Under the pieces are notes generated by a model. It was not told the DNA's origin. It saw nothing but the letters and a program-made list of their open reading frames with translations, and did no database searches. This document shows, one piece after another, positions 12,527-25,526 of a stretch of 64,000 nt of DNA. Every line of letters begins with the position of its first letter. Position 1 is the stretch's first letter. Origin of the DNA: Octopus vulgaris (taxonomy: Eukaryota); contig OX597814.1 of NCBI GenBank assembly GCA_951406725.2, forward strand, positions 75,578,001 to 75,642,000. The letters are read 5' to 3'. The translations under genes were made by a program, and so were the position numbers.

Positions 12527-12944
12527 TTAAATTTCAAATATATGAAATGCTTTGCAATGACAATAAATGCATATTATTTACATTTGATGGATATTTGTCC
12601 TCATCTTGTTTGTTAACACACCGGTTCAGCTGATGTACTCTCCAGCCTTCATTAAGTGTCCTGGAGGAATTTCAAACCTGGGTTTTCATTTCTAAGGTAT
12701 TTTTCCGACTTTATTATTATCCTTATTATCATTATTATTCAGGTCACTGCCTGGAATAAAACTCAGAATCTTGGGGTTAGTAGCCTGCGCTCTTAATCAC
12801 TACACCATATGCCTGTAGGCAATGCTACTCATATCTGCACTAGGTCTGCTTAGGAGGCTATTATGTCCTAGGATATGTGCTGCCTCTTTTAGCTTTCGTA
12901 TTTTCCAGTGGTGTTCTCTGTCTATTATTTTAACTTCATCCCAC

Positions 12945-13230
12945 AGCTGTTATAGGTTATAAGGCGAAACATGCCATCCCCTCAAAATAAGAGTAGAGGA
13001 ACATCAAAAAGCTGTGACATGAGGAGATATTGATAAATAGGGTATAGCTGGTCATGTATGGAAAAACGGAGACCACTTCCTCGTGGGATGAAGTTAAAAT
13101 AATAGACAGAGAACACCACTGGAAAATACGAAAACTAAAAGAAGCAGCACATGCTAGTACATAATAACCTCCCAAGCAAACCTAGTGCAGATATGAGTAG
13201 CATAGGGGAACCGGTATTAAGGAAGGACAA
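12945..13230 (+). pseudogene. Penelope-type GIY-YIG endonuclease C-terminal remnant
   Basis: SCYRL*GETCHPLKIRVEEHQKAVT*GDIDK*GIAGHVWKNGDH, a frameshift, then SWDEVKIIDREHHWKIRKLKEAAH. This matches the PLE pattern YIGET.R.L..R..EH....S.IA.H....H...WD...I...E..W..R..KEA.H. Confidence 0.85.
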
Positions 13231-13277
13231 GAAAATATTAGATTTATAAGCCCTAAATTCACTCTATAATTGCCCAT

Positions 13278-13350
13278 GGGCATATGACCTAGTGGTTAAG
13301 AGTGTAAGCTACTAACCCCAAGACTCTGAGTTTGATTCCAGGCAGTGACC
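13278..13350 (+). promoter_or_regulatory. tRNA-derived internal Pol III promoter (A/B box) inside the PLE terminal repeat
   Basis: GGGCATATGACCTAGTGGTTAAGAG..CTACTAA..GAGTTTGATTCC. The sister copy at ~43281-43352 (minus) has intact TGGCATAGTGG and GAGTTCGATTCC boxes. Confidence 0.7.
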
Positions 13351-13416
13351 TGAATAACAATAATAACTTCAGAAAAATACCTTAGAAATGAGAACCCAGG
13401 TTCGAAATTCCCCCAG

Positions 13417-13460
13417 AACACCTGATGAAGGCTGAAGAGTACATCAGCTGAAATGTTGTT
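13417..13460 (+). ncRNA. Minimal type I hammerhead ribozyme-like motif (degenerate)
   Basis: AACAC-CTGATGA-A-GGCTG(loop)CAGCT-GAAA-TG-TT-GTT. An inverted, more decayed copy lies at 12615-12660. Confidence 0.65.
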
Positions 13461-13699
13461 AACAACAAACAAAATGAGGACAAATACCCATCAAATGTAA
13501 ATAATGTACATAATTCCTCATCTCTCAAATATAGAACTAAATTGAAAAGATTTACCTATTAGGTAAATCTAACTAAATGGTTTACCTAATAATGCATGCC
13601 CAACTGACAGTGAGCAAAAATGAATAGAGCTGCCAAAAAAAAAATTATATAACTGAGAACTCACTTTTTTGTTCAGGTAATTCCTTCTAGAAAAAGTGA

Positions 13700-14900
13700 A
13701 AACTTCCATGATCATCCCAATTTAGTTCAAATACTATCCCTTTCATTATTCTCAAGCAGTGGGCTCCAGAGATCACTACAATCCTCAAAAAATTCTTCCA
13801 TTTCTCTTTCTACATGCTGATCATGTGTTTCCAATCCAGAAACACACGATCAGCATATACAATTTACAAGAAAGCTACTACAAAGTGAAAACTAACACCT
13901 TATCATCCACAATTTTATCATTTCAAAGCTGATGAAAAACTCCTACACGACAACCTTCCTACACATAACATCCATGTAAAATCATGTAAATTACTATAAA
14001 TGACTTGATCATACAATATTTAGTGATATCTTATGTAAAGTGACATATAAAACATGATCAAACTGCATCCCAAAGACTGAGTTGCCTGTTTCAGTTCCAT
14101 AAAACACTTTAACACCTTTAGAAGTTAACCCTTCAATATTCAGATTACTCTGTTAAATATAATGTGTACATATCCACAAGGTTTTTTTATATATCTTGCA
14201 TCATGTAGATTAGAGGTTTTGATGATATGACTGTCCATTTTTAGAATGACATTGTAGGGTGGGTGTGAGATGCTGGATCTGACCAGTTTCAACATAAAAC
14301 AGATAGAATATTTGGGCCAGATATGGCCAGTTTAAATGCTAAAGGGTTAAAACTAGCCATATCCAACCCAAATATTGTATCTATTTTATGTTCAAACTGG
14401 CCAGATCTAGCCTTTTACACCTACTCTACACTATCATTGTGAATAAGTAAGAATTATGTTTGACAAAGTAATCCGAATGCTAAAGGGTTAAACCTAACCA
14501 TTGGAAATGGTTTATTTAGGACTGTATAGATATTTGATATAATGCTGATGCTAAACAAAAACTCTTAAAAGGCTATGTGATTGGTCGTATGTTGTGAGTG
14601 AGGGAGTCAGTCCCTAACAGAGATATTTCTATATCACTGCTTTTTTCCAATTACAATGGATTCTGCTTTTCTGACTAGGAAATCTACCTACTATCTCTTC
14701 CCCAATGTCACTTGATACATCCACCACTCCTAATCTAGTTATCTCTACTGTGTCTCTTATCTACTAAGATTGCCATTAAACATTTTGTTCAGGCTTTTGT
14801 TCAAAATTTAATCCAATGGGTTTCTTTCAATGCCTCTATTTTTCCTAATCTTACTAATAGGAAAGGACTTGTATGATCATGAGTGAAACCCCTCCTTAAA
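13700..14900 (+). mobile_element. Highly decayed CR1/L2/Jockey-type LINE fragments interrupted by MITEs
   Basis: Short RT-like traces only (ISKLM, INDL, and a C-terminal R.D.S..SL....YNG.C-like segment near 14620-14680). No long frame survives. Confidence 0.35.
14129..14487. mobile_element. piggyBac-type MITE (P1, 14129-14346) abutting an oppositely oriented partial copy (14351-14487)
   Basis: TTAA|CCCTTC...AATGCTAAAGGG|TTAA, followed by a second segment ending AATGCTAAAGGG|TTAA. Confidence 0.75.
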
Positions 14901-16519
14901 CAACTGTTTTAACTCAATGTTGTGCTTCTAATATATTTTTGCATCATTTGTGAACACACCCTTCAGTCACCTGAAATTTAAGTCTCATTTTATTGAGAGC
15001 AAAATTATTTGAATTCATTACAAGCTAGTTAGACAACTTTTCAATTACACTGTATGGTTGTTATGTACAGCAGAGAACTGCATGGTATACTATTTTTTAA
15101 CAATAAATGAATCATGCTACTTAAAAGAGTCTTAATCATCTTCATAGCAAAGTAACAACTGAAAATGAGATACAACCTTTCAGCTAACAAACTACTACAC
15201 CATGACTCAGCCTGCCACAGCAGTTTCATTTAAGTATATGGCATTTATTTTATGATCAGGTTTACTTAATTATAGCATTCAGCACAACCTGTTTCACTGT
15301 CTTCAGTGGATTTTAAATTAGGTATCACACTAAGCTTCGAGCAATGTCACAATATTTGTCCACATGCATCACAAATGTGTAAATTTAAGACAAACACAAT
15401 TAACTCAGTCTGTATGTGACATGAAAATGGACAGATAAGAGTGACTGCTTACAAGGTGGAGTGAGGTGGTGGTTGAAAATTATTGCTTCAACATTACCAA
15501 CTTAGCACTTCTACAAGAAGCCTACTTTCTTGATAAACATGTAAACCCATAAAATTGATGTCTAAATTGATAGTATTTAAATCAAAAACAAATGAACACA
15601 AAGACTACACTGCATATTCTTATTGAATTACCATTAACAGTACAATATACTGAGCCTGGAATTCTGAAATTAAACAAGTGGGGAAATCACAGCAGAAATT
15701 TGGGACATTTGCCACCAGTTATAACTATGTTCTCAAAACAAAAAATGATAACTGGAATTTCATTATCACAAATGGCATTCATAAAAGAATAGATTTAACA
15801 TTCCCAACATATTTCCTAGTTTCACGTTGTTCCATGACTTTCTTTTTGCTTCTAAACATTTCGTATATAAAATTCTAAACAAGTTTACCAATAATCATTA
15901 TTGTTGAGCATCATACATAGAAATTAATTGTAGCTGAGAAATTTCATTATTGTTTCGACACTATCTCCCTCTCTCACTCTGTGTGTGTGTGTGTGTGTGT
16001 ATGAGAGAGAGAGTGAGAGAGATCAGGTGATGATCAATGTTATAGTTGAAAAGTAAATGTGCTCTATTAACTTAATTACTACAGTGACTGACAAACTGTG
16101 CTTTGGTTTTGACATTGGTGTAAATCAAATCAAATTGAAACCAATACCATTTCAAAAGAGATTTAAGAAATAAAGTAATTTGTATAAATTCAATAAAAGA
16201 GAGTGGGCAAAAGAACTTTTTGGGGTAAAATATCAACAAAACTAAAATTGAAAAAGAAATGAACATGAGCAATATCAAAAATAAAACAAATTTATTAGTT
16301 AGGTCAGTAACTAAAAAATTACATGAAAAAAAAATTCAGATAAGTTTATATTAATTCTTAAATATATGTGTGTGTGTGTGTGTGTGTGTGTAGGTGGGTT
16401 GCATGTATTTTGTGCATACAAGTCAATATTATGTTACAGCTGCAATGCACTATTTCTAACTCCAATGGACAGCACACTCACAAAGGTGCTCCAGTTGGAA
16501 GTTGCAGGCAAATTTGATC

Positions 16520-17285
16520 ACACTTTGTGAAGAAATCTATACTGTCTATCTAAATTAGTAAGAATGTTTCTACTTAAGGATGCTCTTACATAAAGTCAGA
16601 AGACCAAAAACATTTTACCATCTTTATTTGAACAGTAGAAGTTCATGTCATGTTCGTGTTACATACAGTGAACTACATGAAGCCTGCTACAAAGTGATCA
16701 GTGGGAAGCAACAACATAAACACCTTTAAATTTGCAATGTTTCTTCACAGTTCTATTAAAAACATGTAGATTACCATCTAAAATTTAAGACCAATCTGAA
16801 GATTTTTAGGTAGCAAGTACAGCAGCATAATTCTGAAGTTAACATAAGTTTCAGTAAAGCCATCTTTAACATGTTTCTCATTGTTATTGATGAAGAAGAC
16901 TTGCATAAATATGGCCAGTCTCAAAGTGACTGGTTTCAAGAGAACCAACCACCTACTGGGGTTTAGACCCAAAACTATTTAATGATAAAGAAGAAAAAAA
17001 GAGCCTTCAGTATGACCAATTAACATATTCACATCAAAGAAGATGGAATATTTTTCTTGATAAACCTGGAGGAACAAGAAAAGCCTTTCTGATAAATCTC
17101 CTGCAGGCTGAAATAAGGAAACATGGGAAATTGCTGTGGTAGTTGAATCATCAGATAGTGTAGCCACTCTATTACCTGGAGGTAAAGCTGCTTACAACAC
17201 ATTCAAACTGCCCTTGATGGTAGAGCAACCTGTAACATTTGCAAAGGAGCGGGAGTAACAGAAGTGTTAAAACAATATTCATTAA
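16520..17285 (+). pseudogene. Helitron Rep-helicase (PIF1-like) remnant
   Basis: IYTVYLN**ECFYLRMLLHKVRRPKTF (16535-16620), IFLDKPGGTRKAFLINLLQAEIRKHG (decayed Walker A), IAVVVESSDSVATLLPGGKAAYNTFKLPL and ATCNICKG all match Helitron helicase motifs. Confidence 0.85.
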
Positions 17286-17453
17286 AGTTGCTTCTAAGGT
17301 TTTCCAGAAGGCATCATTGTCATTGTCATCTAAAGGATATCGGGGGAAAAAGTTCTCCTTTCTCCCTTTAGCAAACAGTAGTCTTAGCAGGATTTTCATC
17401 ACAACATTCCCAGACAAACTGCAAATTATCTTGTCTTTAAGGAATTATCTTGT

Positions 17454-17609
17454 CTCGCGGAGTGGTTGGCATTAGGAAGGGCATCCAGCTGTAGAAACAC
17501 TGCCAGATCAGACTGGAGCCTGGTGCAGCCCCTGGCTTCCCAGACCCCGGCCGAACCATCCAACCCGTGCTAGCGCGGAAAACAGACGTTAAACGATGAT
17601 GATGATGAT
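17454..17609 (+). mobile_element. Short 5'-truncated RTE-type tail with (GAT)n end
   Basis: GGAGTGGTTGGCATTAGGAAGGGCATCCAGCTGTAGAAAC...GACGTTAAACGATGATGATGATGAT. Confidence 0.85.
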
Positions 17610-18718
17610 AGTGAATTTTCTATATTCATGTGATGTATGTATCTATGTTCTAAGTTAGAAGCCATTTTTTTGGTACCTAGATAGCTAATATTTTGTGTAA
17701 GATCACATCTTCAAGGATATGGGCATTGGCTATATAACTACTCATATTTTCTTTTAATCAGAGGCATATATATAAAATTATCTTACATATCTTATTATTT
17801 TAAAAAATCAGATGGTCAAGCCAGTAGCACATCAGGCAGCCAGTTGAAAAATAAATTGTTTACAAACTATCAGCAATACTGCTGACAAGTGGCTAATTAA
17901 TTTCTAGTATCAAAATCAATTTGTGCTGAGGGAAGGTGATGCACAATAGATCAGCATCTAATCCAGGAGTAAGTTTGCCTCTTATCTGCTTAAAACTTCA
18001 CAAACCAACGATAAACTCTGACTTTATTTAACCATATGATTTGGAAACATTGAAATATCACTTTGAATAGAAGAATAAGAAATAAATAAAGTAATAAATA
18101 AAATCTCCCATTAGATCGGTAATTAAAACCAGCAGAAAATGTCAAAAATATGTCACTTAAAATTTTACCTCACGGGCAAACTACAAGAGAAAACTAATAT
18201 GAGTGTATGAGTGAGTTTCTATGCAAGTCAATAAGAGAGCCTCTGTGCCAATTAAAAGGGAGAATCTGTATGTGACCACTTATCCTGTTATTAAAAAAAT
18301 TGTAATCAAATTACCTTAAATCATTCCTATTATCTTAGGAAAGGAAGACAAGATGGTCAAGGCTAAGGTGTTTTTACTGAAAGAGATCTACTCAATCAGT
18401 GCTGACATGGTGTGGAACAACAATAGCAATCACAATTTTTTTTTTTTAAATTGCAAAATAGTGAAACAAAAAATTTGCAATCATATTTAAACTAGAACCT
18501 ATCATTTGGTTGAATTGCTTCAAGTGAATTCTGCACAAAAATATATCAAAGACAAAAGCATGAATGTTTCACCAACATAATCTTTTTCTATCTCATGCCT
18601 TCAGAATATCATGACCAAGGCTGATAAAGTCAACAGATAACAAAAGCTATCAAATACTATTAGAAACCTTCTGAGCTTTAAAGGAATTTATTTCACATGT
18701 ACTCTTACATGCTCTTGC

Positions 18719-18753
<35 letters not shown>

Positions 18754-19599
18754 TATATATATACACATACCACATATGAAGTCTTCCTTTCTTAACCTGC
18801 CTATAAAACTACACTACTTTTGCTCCCATCGTTTACATTGGCTATGTCATATGGAACTGTACCAATTCCTTCTCTGCATATTGAGCATGGCTACTTCCAA
18901 AATAGCAGTAGTCTTTTGTTTTCTTTCCTGCTAACTGAAACTTTTTTAATCCAATGAACAGAGTAGCAATAACTATAAGGTATATTTTACAGTTGAATAA
19001 GAAAAATGTAAAGGAAGAAAGTTTGTTTACTAAATAAAGATATATTTGAGTAAAAGCAGAGTGATGTTATTTGCATGTACCAACAATAAAAGAAAATTTT
19101 AAAATAAAAAATGTTGATAACTTAAAGCTGTTGTTAGGCAGATGCTGGATAAAGTATATATGTAAATACACTGACCCTCAAAACAGGATCCAGACAGAGA
19201 ATAGTGGCTTGTCTTCAAGAATATGTAATTAAGTATTACTTCAGTGGAATATGCACAGAGAGATGGCCATTGGATTGTGAGTGGAGGTTAGAAGAAGGTA
19301 CATCAGTGACAAAGTTTCAGAAGAAACAAAAGTACAGAAGGCAAGGTTTCAGTGGAAACAAGAATATAGAAGGCTGTCCATTTGAGTACAACAGATTGAT
19401 TCACTCATTTTATATCCATTTATCCATATTGGCATGGGTTGAAAAATGCTTTATAAGGCATTGTTTTTATAGTCATATGCCCTTCCTGTTGCTGACCATT
19501 CCATGTTTTGTGGAAAAATACCAGGCAATCTGTTGACAAGGAAAATATCAACAAACAACACAGTCCTTTGCTTAGAGAGTTTTTCGTGTAAAATACAGA

Positions 19600-19768
19600 A
19601 AGTAAACACACACAGGGCTGTGTACAATATCTGTCAATCAAATTCATTCAGAAAGCAGTGGTTGGCCTAGGGCTGTAGTAGAAGAAACATGCTCAAGGTA
19701 ACATGCAATGGGACTAAACCTAGAATCAGGTGGTTACAAAGAAAATTTCTTAACCATACAGCCATGGT
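19600..19768 (-). mobile_element. Degenerate SINE family A fragment
   Basis: The reverse complement resembles the family A head and body (..TAGTAGAAGA..GCTCAAGG..GGGACTAAACC..TTCTTAACCATACAGCCATG). Confidence 0.55.
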
Positions 19769-21382
19769 TAAGGATTGGTATTAATAATAATTAGATATAA
19801 TATATTGGTATTGGTAACTAAATAAATTAGTATTAATAATAAGTATATGCATTCATCCTGTTGGATGAGATATGTAAAGAACCCTTTTTAAAAAGTGGAA
19901 GTCATTATAACTGAGTTCTATATTTTACAGCTTACTTTTCTACATTCAACACCTTATGACAGCAACATTAAAAGTTCTTATTACTATTCTTGCTTCCAAA
20001 ATTTATGAGTATGTCTATGCTTTTAATACATGTAAGCCATATAGTTAAACTGTTTTTATAAGCATGTATATTATATATCATGTTAAGCTGACATAATAAA
20101 GGTATTTCAAAATTTCAGCTGAGAAAGTAAATTACAATTTTAATGTAGAATGAAGATTTATTTGAAATTATTATGAGACAATAAATGTAGTTTCATCTAC
20201 TTCAAGTTTTTCCATTAGGAAACATTTTTACAGATGGATGCCCAGGCTAAAAATCTGTATAAATATATTTAACTTGAGAGTTTTTAGGGTTTTTTTTTCC
20301 TATGTGTATGTGTGATGGTGCATTTTAGTATATTTTTTATAAGTTTTATGACAGTTCCTTGGTTGATATAACAATGTAAATTCAGAAGTAATCCAGTTGA
20401 TTTGTGTTAGCATAGTGATGGAATATCCAAAATATTTTTGGAAAAAGACAACAAAATAACATACAAAAGTGCAAAGTACATACCTAAACATTGGAAAGAA
20501 ATGGGGGGGATTCAACATTTTTGACAGTGGTGCTTCTTAGGAACAGAAGAGAAGAATAAAAGGGAGAAGGGAAAGAGAGGCCAAACAGATAATGCAAAAA
20601 CAGCATGGTGAATGGAAGTGGAATAGCACAAGTTTATTGAATGGTGCCTTTTTTTATGTAGGTAACTGAGTAGGAGATTAGTGAAAAGGGAAGTGTAAGA
20701 GTGCAGGTTATGGAGAGGTATGTGTGTATTTACTTTCTTGTCTCTGTGTGTGTATGCATAGGAGAGAATGTGTGAGCATGTGAGTACATGTAGGTGTAGG
20801 GGGGGTGTATAGTATGGGGAGTAGTGTACACACACACACACACATACATACATACACTACTCCCTCGAGCGTACACGTGCCTGCACTCATACAACATGCT
20901 CATGCACGTCTCTCAATGAACATGTGCATGGTTCCCTACACAGATTCTGCACTCTCACACTTCCTAACTTCGGTACTCCTCTCTCGCATCTCCTTTCTCC
21001 TTCACTTTTGGCTACATTATGCATACTAAATGCACGTAAAGTTTCACATTTGTATTATGGTGAGTAGAAAAACTTTGATCTAAAAGTAAGAGCTCACTAA
21101 ATTTTTTCAAAGGATGCTAAGATGTGATTTAAGGGGAATTTAGCTGCTATTTCTAACAGGTCATACAACTGCACTGAGGCTACCATGCTTTAGTCATAAA
21201 TATACCATATGTTTAGGTTCCAGCATCTATTACATCATGGAAAAAATTTTAATATGTATTTGACAAGTTATGCATAAGTTGTATTAATATGATCTAGGTT
21301 TGACAAGATATTTTATTTATTGGCAGTGTATAACCGCATGTGTGTACACATACACATTCAAGCCATTATGTTTCTTTTGAAC

Positions 21383-21433
<51 letters not shown>

Positions 21434-24400
21434 GACCAAGATAGATATAAATATGTGTGTATCTAAAGACTATATACATTCATATAGACAATATTTTATA
21501 CACTGATGTACCTGTCGGTTCTCATTAACTTACGAAACACAATATTAAAAAAATTAAGTTTGGAACTCTAAGAATTAGTGAAGTAACAGAGAAAATTACA
21601 TTGAGCTAATAAAGCTTACCTCTTAAGTGAACATTGCTTAACATCATGGGGCAGTCAATGTAATAATAAACGCACTACACCTCATAAATACAAACTACAG
21701 GAATTCAGATATTGAAGAATAAACTGGTTATTACTTTTCAAATAGTTGACAAAGTAATTATAAACTACAATGAATATATAGAGAGAAGAGAAAATCCTCC
21801 TAACAGAAAAGTAAACAAGTTAAAATAGAGATGGCCATTACAAAACTAGAGCAGAGCTAGATGAAAATAGATGCATTCCTTGGCTCGGTGTTAAAATCAT
21901 TCTTGAGCAGCATAACAGAGGAAGAATAACTGGCTGGTTATTACTATAGCATCATACTATCTAGTATACTGCTTCAGTTTTTGTTTTGTTTTTGGTTCAA
22001 ATTGCATACATTCCAATTCTGCCTTCCAGCTATTAGTGGTTGATATCGGTTATGTACTTGAAGATCACATCAATCAAATATATTCTTATTCAAACAAATG
22101 TAAGCCAGTTTCTTTTTGTTTTTAAGCATGCCACAAATATGGTTGTAACAGAAATAAACTCAGAGGTGTACTACTAATTAACTCTGTGAATAATTTAATG
22201 AGAAGACACTAATAAAATCCATTATCTTCTTGAGAACAGTAGCTTATATTTTACATGGCTTCTTTCATAATATACGTCTACTTGCTACAATATTAACTTG
22301 ATATGTGTTAGAGGAATGTTAATTTTCTGCGCTAACATAGATTATATAATCTCTGGGGATTTCCCCACTTGGCTGTCTTAGTTCTTTCGTCATTAAAATT
22401 TTCATAACATTTCTATAACCTCTTTCTTTTTTGTTTTTTATTTAGTGCAGAGCTATTTCCAGATAAAAACTTGCTATGAATATTGTAGTGTTTTTTGGGT
22501 GCGTGTGCTAGTAAGGTTTTCTTTTGAATCCCCCTTAACACCCTGTTGCTGAGATTTCAGGAGACAATGTTGTGGTAGTGGAAGATTTTAATGAAAATAA
22601 AGTTAAATTGATACAACCAAGAAATGATTTACCATTCAGATATCTAAGAATTTAAATGCCCAAAGTTATGATAAACCCTAAAAACAATAAACTCAAGCCA
22701 CAGAGACTGTATATTTGTTAAAGAATTGTCTGTGATAAACTGTCACCTACTAGAGTTTCTTGACCAGTTACCTAATTTTCCAAAAGGGAAATATAATATT
22801 GTGACTACTAAACTGAATGAAACTAATATTCTAAAATGCATTACTTGCATCTTACAAAGTCTGAAGTAAGAGTGACTTTGAAAGAAACATAACAAATTCT
22901 TTTATTTATGCCAGTTTCATTAAAAAAAAAATTATTACTTAATGTTTCAATGGAAGTCAAAATATGTCAGTGAAGAAATTCTGAAGTTGCTCTAAAGAAT
23001 ACCATCAGAGAGATTAAATAGGAGTTGAAAAGAAAGATTACAATAAAGGTTATCAGAACAGATCGTCTTAAGTTTAACTAAGTTTTTATTTTGCAACATA
23101 ACTCTTTCACAAATAGGTCAAATAATTCCAGTAAAAATTTTTAATAAATCAAATCTCTAATATAAGTAAAGAGAAAGAAAAAAAAGGAGCAGGATCTCAA
23201 TTTTGGCAAAATATTGCTGACAAGAAAGAGTAAAAAAGTTAACATTTTCAGGAAAAAAATATTATGAGTATGATTAGATTATATAGTAGAAGATGGCTAC
23301 CTTCAAAACTACAATGGTGTAAATTGTTTATATTCTTATAATTAATTCAAAGAACATGTTTTATTCTATTTTAATATTACAGATTGTAAAATCTATAAGC
23401 ATATTTGATAACATATTCTAAATGGTACGTGTAACATACAAATAACTAAACTATAATACATACTAATATTACATAACAATTGGAACATAGTAGCAGTCCT
23501 TTCCACTGTTGTAAAACCTGAGTTTCTAATTGAAGGCCGAAAAAAAACATTTAGACTTGCTAAATTATTTATTTAACTCATGTCACTGAGGCAAATTTAG
23601 ATGTATGTACACTTGGCGGGATAGTGTACATTGCTCTCCTGAACTGGCGACAGGAATGATCAAGAAAGTTTTTAATACTGTTAATGTTTACTTTAAAATT
23701 TTGAAGATCATATGTTTACTGCAAACTTTTGAAGGTCATTTATGGAAGGAAGGAACTGAAGAAGGTGCAAAAGGTGGTATATGGATGGTGAGACATAATA
23801 GCATTGATGCAAGAAGAATATTTAACTAAAAGTGAGGTAGATGCAGCAGAGGTAGTAGTATATAGAGAAAGTGTATAGCTTGGTGCCATGTAACTGAATG
23901 AAACATTTGAAAACCTCAGTGCTATCTAAAAGGATATGTTAGGTTTCAGCTCAAAATTTGCAAGTTCATATTTCATTGTTGCTGGGCAGAGTACTGGGGA
24001 TTTTTCCAGCCCTGATTTACAGAGCAGAACAAGTAAAAAGAGAGAAGAATAACAGGTGATGTTATGTAGAAGAAACTTGAAACTGGCAAGCAATTTGTTA
24101 GTTAATAACAAAGAGACTAGTTTTATCACAGGAGAGACTAAATTGAAGAATTTAGCAAGTGCCTGCATTGTGTTGCTAAGACACATGTACTTCTATACTT
24201 GATTACAATGCAAAATGAAGGGGGGAAAAGTATCTCATAACAAATTTATTAATGCCAAATTCTGATAACATAAATTGGGAGAGGAGAAAAGGGAAAATAT
24301 AACATGAGGAAGTAGAATATATCAACAGCTAATACTGAGTGCTTTAGTTTCTCCTAAGAAACAAATGTGCATGTCTGCATGTAAATGTATGTAAGAGATT

Positions 24401-25526
24401 CTCTTTAAAGAACATTTTACATAGACACTTACTTCAAAGAGATTCAGAAGACAATTCCAGAGTGGAGAAAATGAGCTGAATAATGAGGAGTTAGCTGTGA
24501 ATGAACCTGGTGCTATGAGTACAGGTTCCAATAGAGTAGAGCATCAGTAGTACGCAAGTGACAATATTGTTGATACCATTTCTTTTCTTTGATATATTCT
24601 ACTTAAGAGCTTAATTAGCATTAAGAAATATATTTAGCTCAGTATATGATTGATAAACCAACCAATAGTTATAACGGGAAATGAAAAAATATATATACAT
24701 ATATGTTTAATTGTACCATACAGAGCAATAATGTCCATTAGCAAGACAAAACAATTCATAATCTTACAGACAATAGATTTTTACATTGAGTGAGAGTGTG
24801 TAGTAAAATACTGATATGTTAATTAAATGATAGTATGAGTAACAATTAAAAACCAGAACTGCCGAAGTTATTTGCTAAAAGATAATATTGTCATTACCAT
24901 TACCACCACTACCACTACCAACAACAGAAAACTAACTATATAATATTCTGAGATAGCCAGATATCAATGGAAATTAACAGTTAAGAATTATGCAGGAAAA
25001 AAAGCTACATACAAAGATGTTTATAACCAAATAATGCTTGTCTGCAAACTGAAAAAAGTGACAATTGATTTTCTGTCCTTAGAAAAGACACTGAAGGACA
25101 GCCTAATACAACTAAGCACAAATAAATATCATACTGTGGTTCAGTGCTGAACAGAAGCACTTTTTAACCTGATGTGAAAACCACAGGAGTCAGCCATTGC
25201 ATCAAAACTGCTCATCAGCCTTTATGTACATGTACACTACCCTTACAAGAAACAAGTTTTCAAGGATCAAAGCTGGTTCTTAACTGGGCCATGGGAGCAC
25301 AGAATATATTTGCCCTCCAAAGCAGCTATTTGAAAAGCAAATTCTTTAGGCAACCAATGCTAGGCTATCTTTACAGACATAACCATAGTGCTAAGTTTTC
25401 ATAGGCAACATCTCTTTAAACTAAACAATATTTACATCCACAAAACAGTAAACAAATTACCAATCAATTTGAGATATGTGTTGCATCCTTACAAAACATC
25501 TCACCTGTTCATGGATCGCTATAATG

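Larger units (their letters stand above)
12572..13537 (+). mobile_element. 5'-truncated Penelope-like element (PLE) with an inverted copy of its 3' terminal repeat
   Basis: 12572-12944 is an inverted copy of 13083-~13510 with a ~65-bp deletion. The centre and right arm encode a GIY-YIG remnant, and the terminal repeat holds a tRNA-like head and a hammerhead motif. Inverted partial terminal repeats are an established feature of PLEs. Confidence 0.85.

Noticed and set aside
20420-20720. Possible very old relative of the 31049-type hammerhead repeat
   Set aside because: Only the layout is similar; the core nucleotides are not recognisable.
23600-24560. Faint minus-strand CR1/L2-like RT traces (similar traces near 47470-47600, 48560-48700, 55200-55490 and 58950-59350)
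   Set aside because: Only 3-5 residue motifs remain; probably ancient LINE debris, but neither boundaries nor family can be supported.
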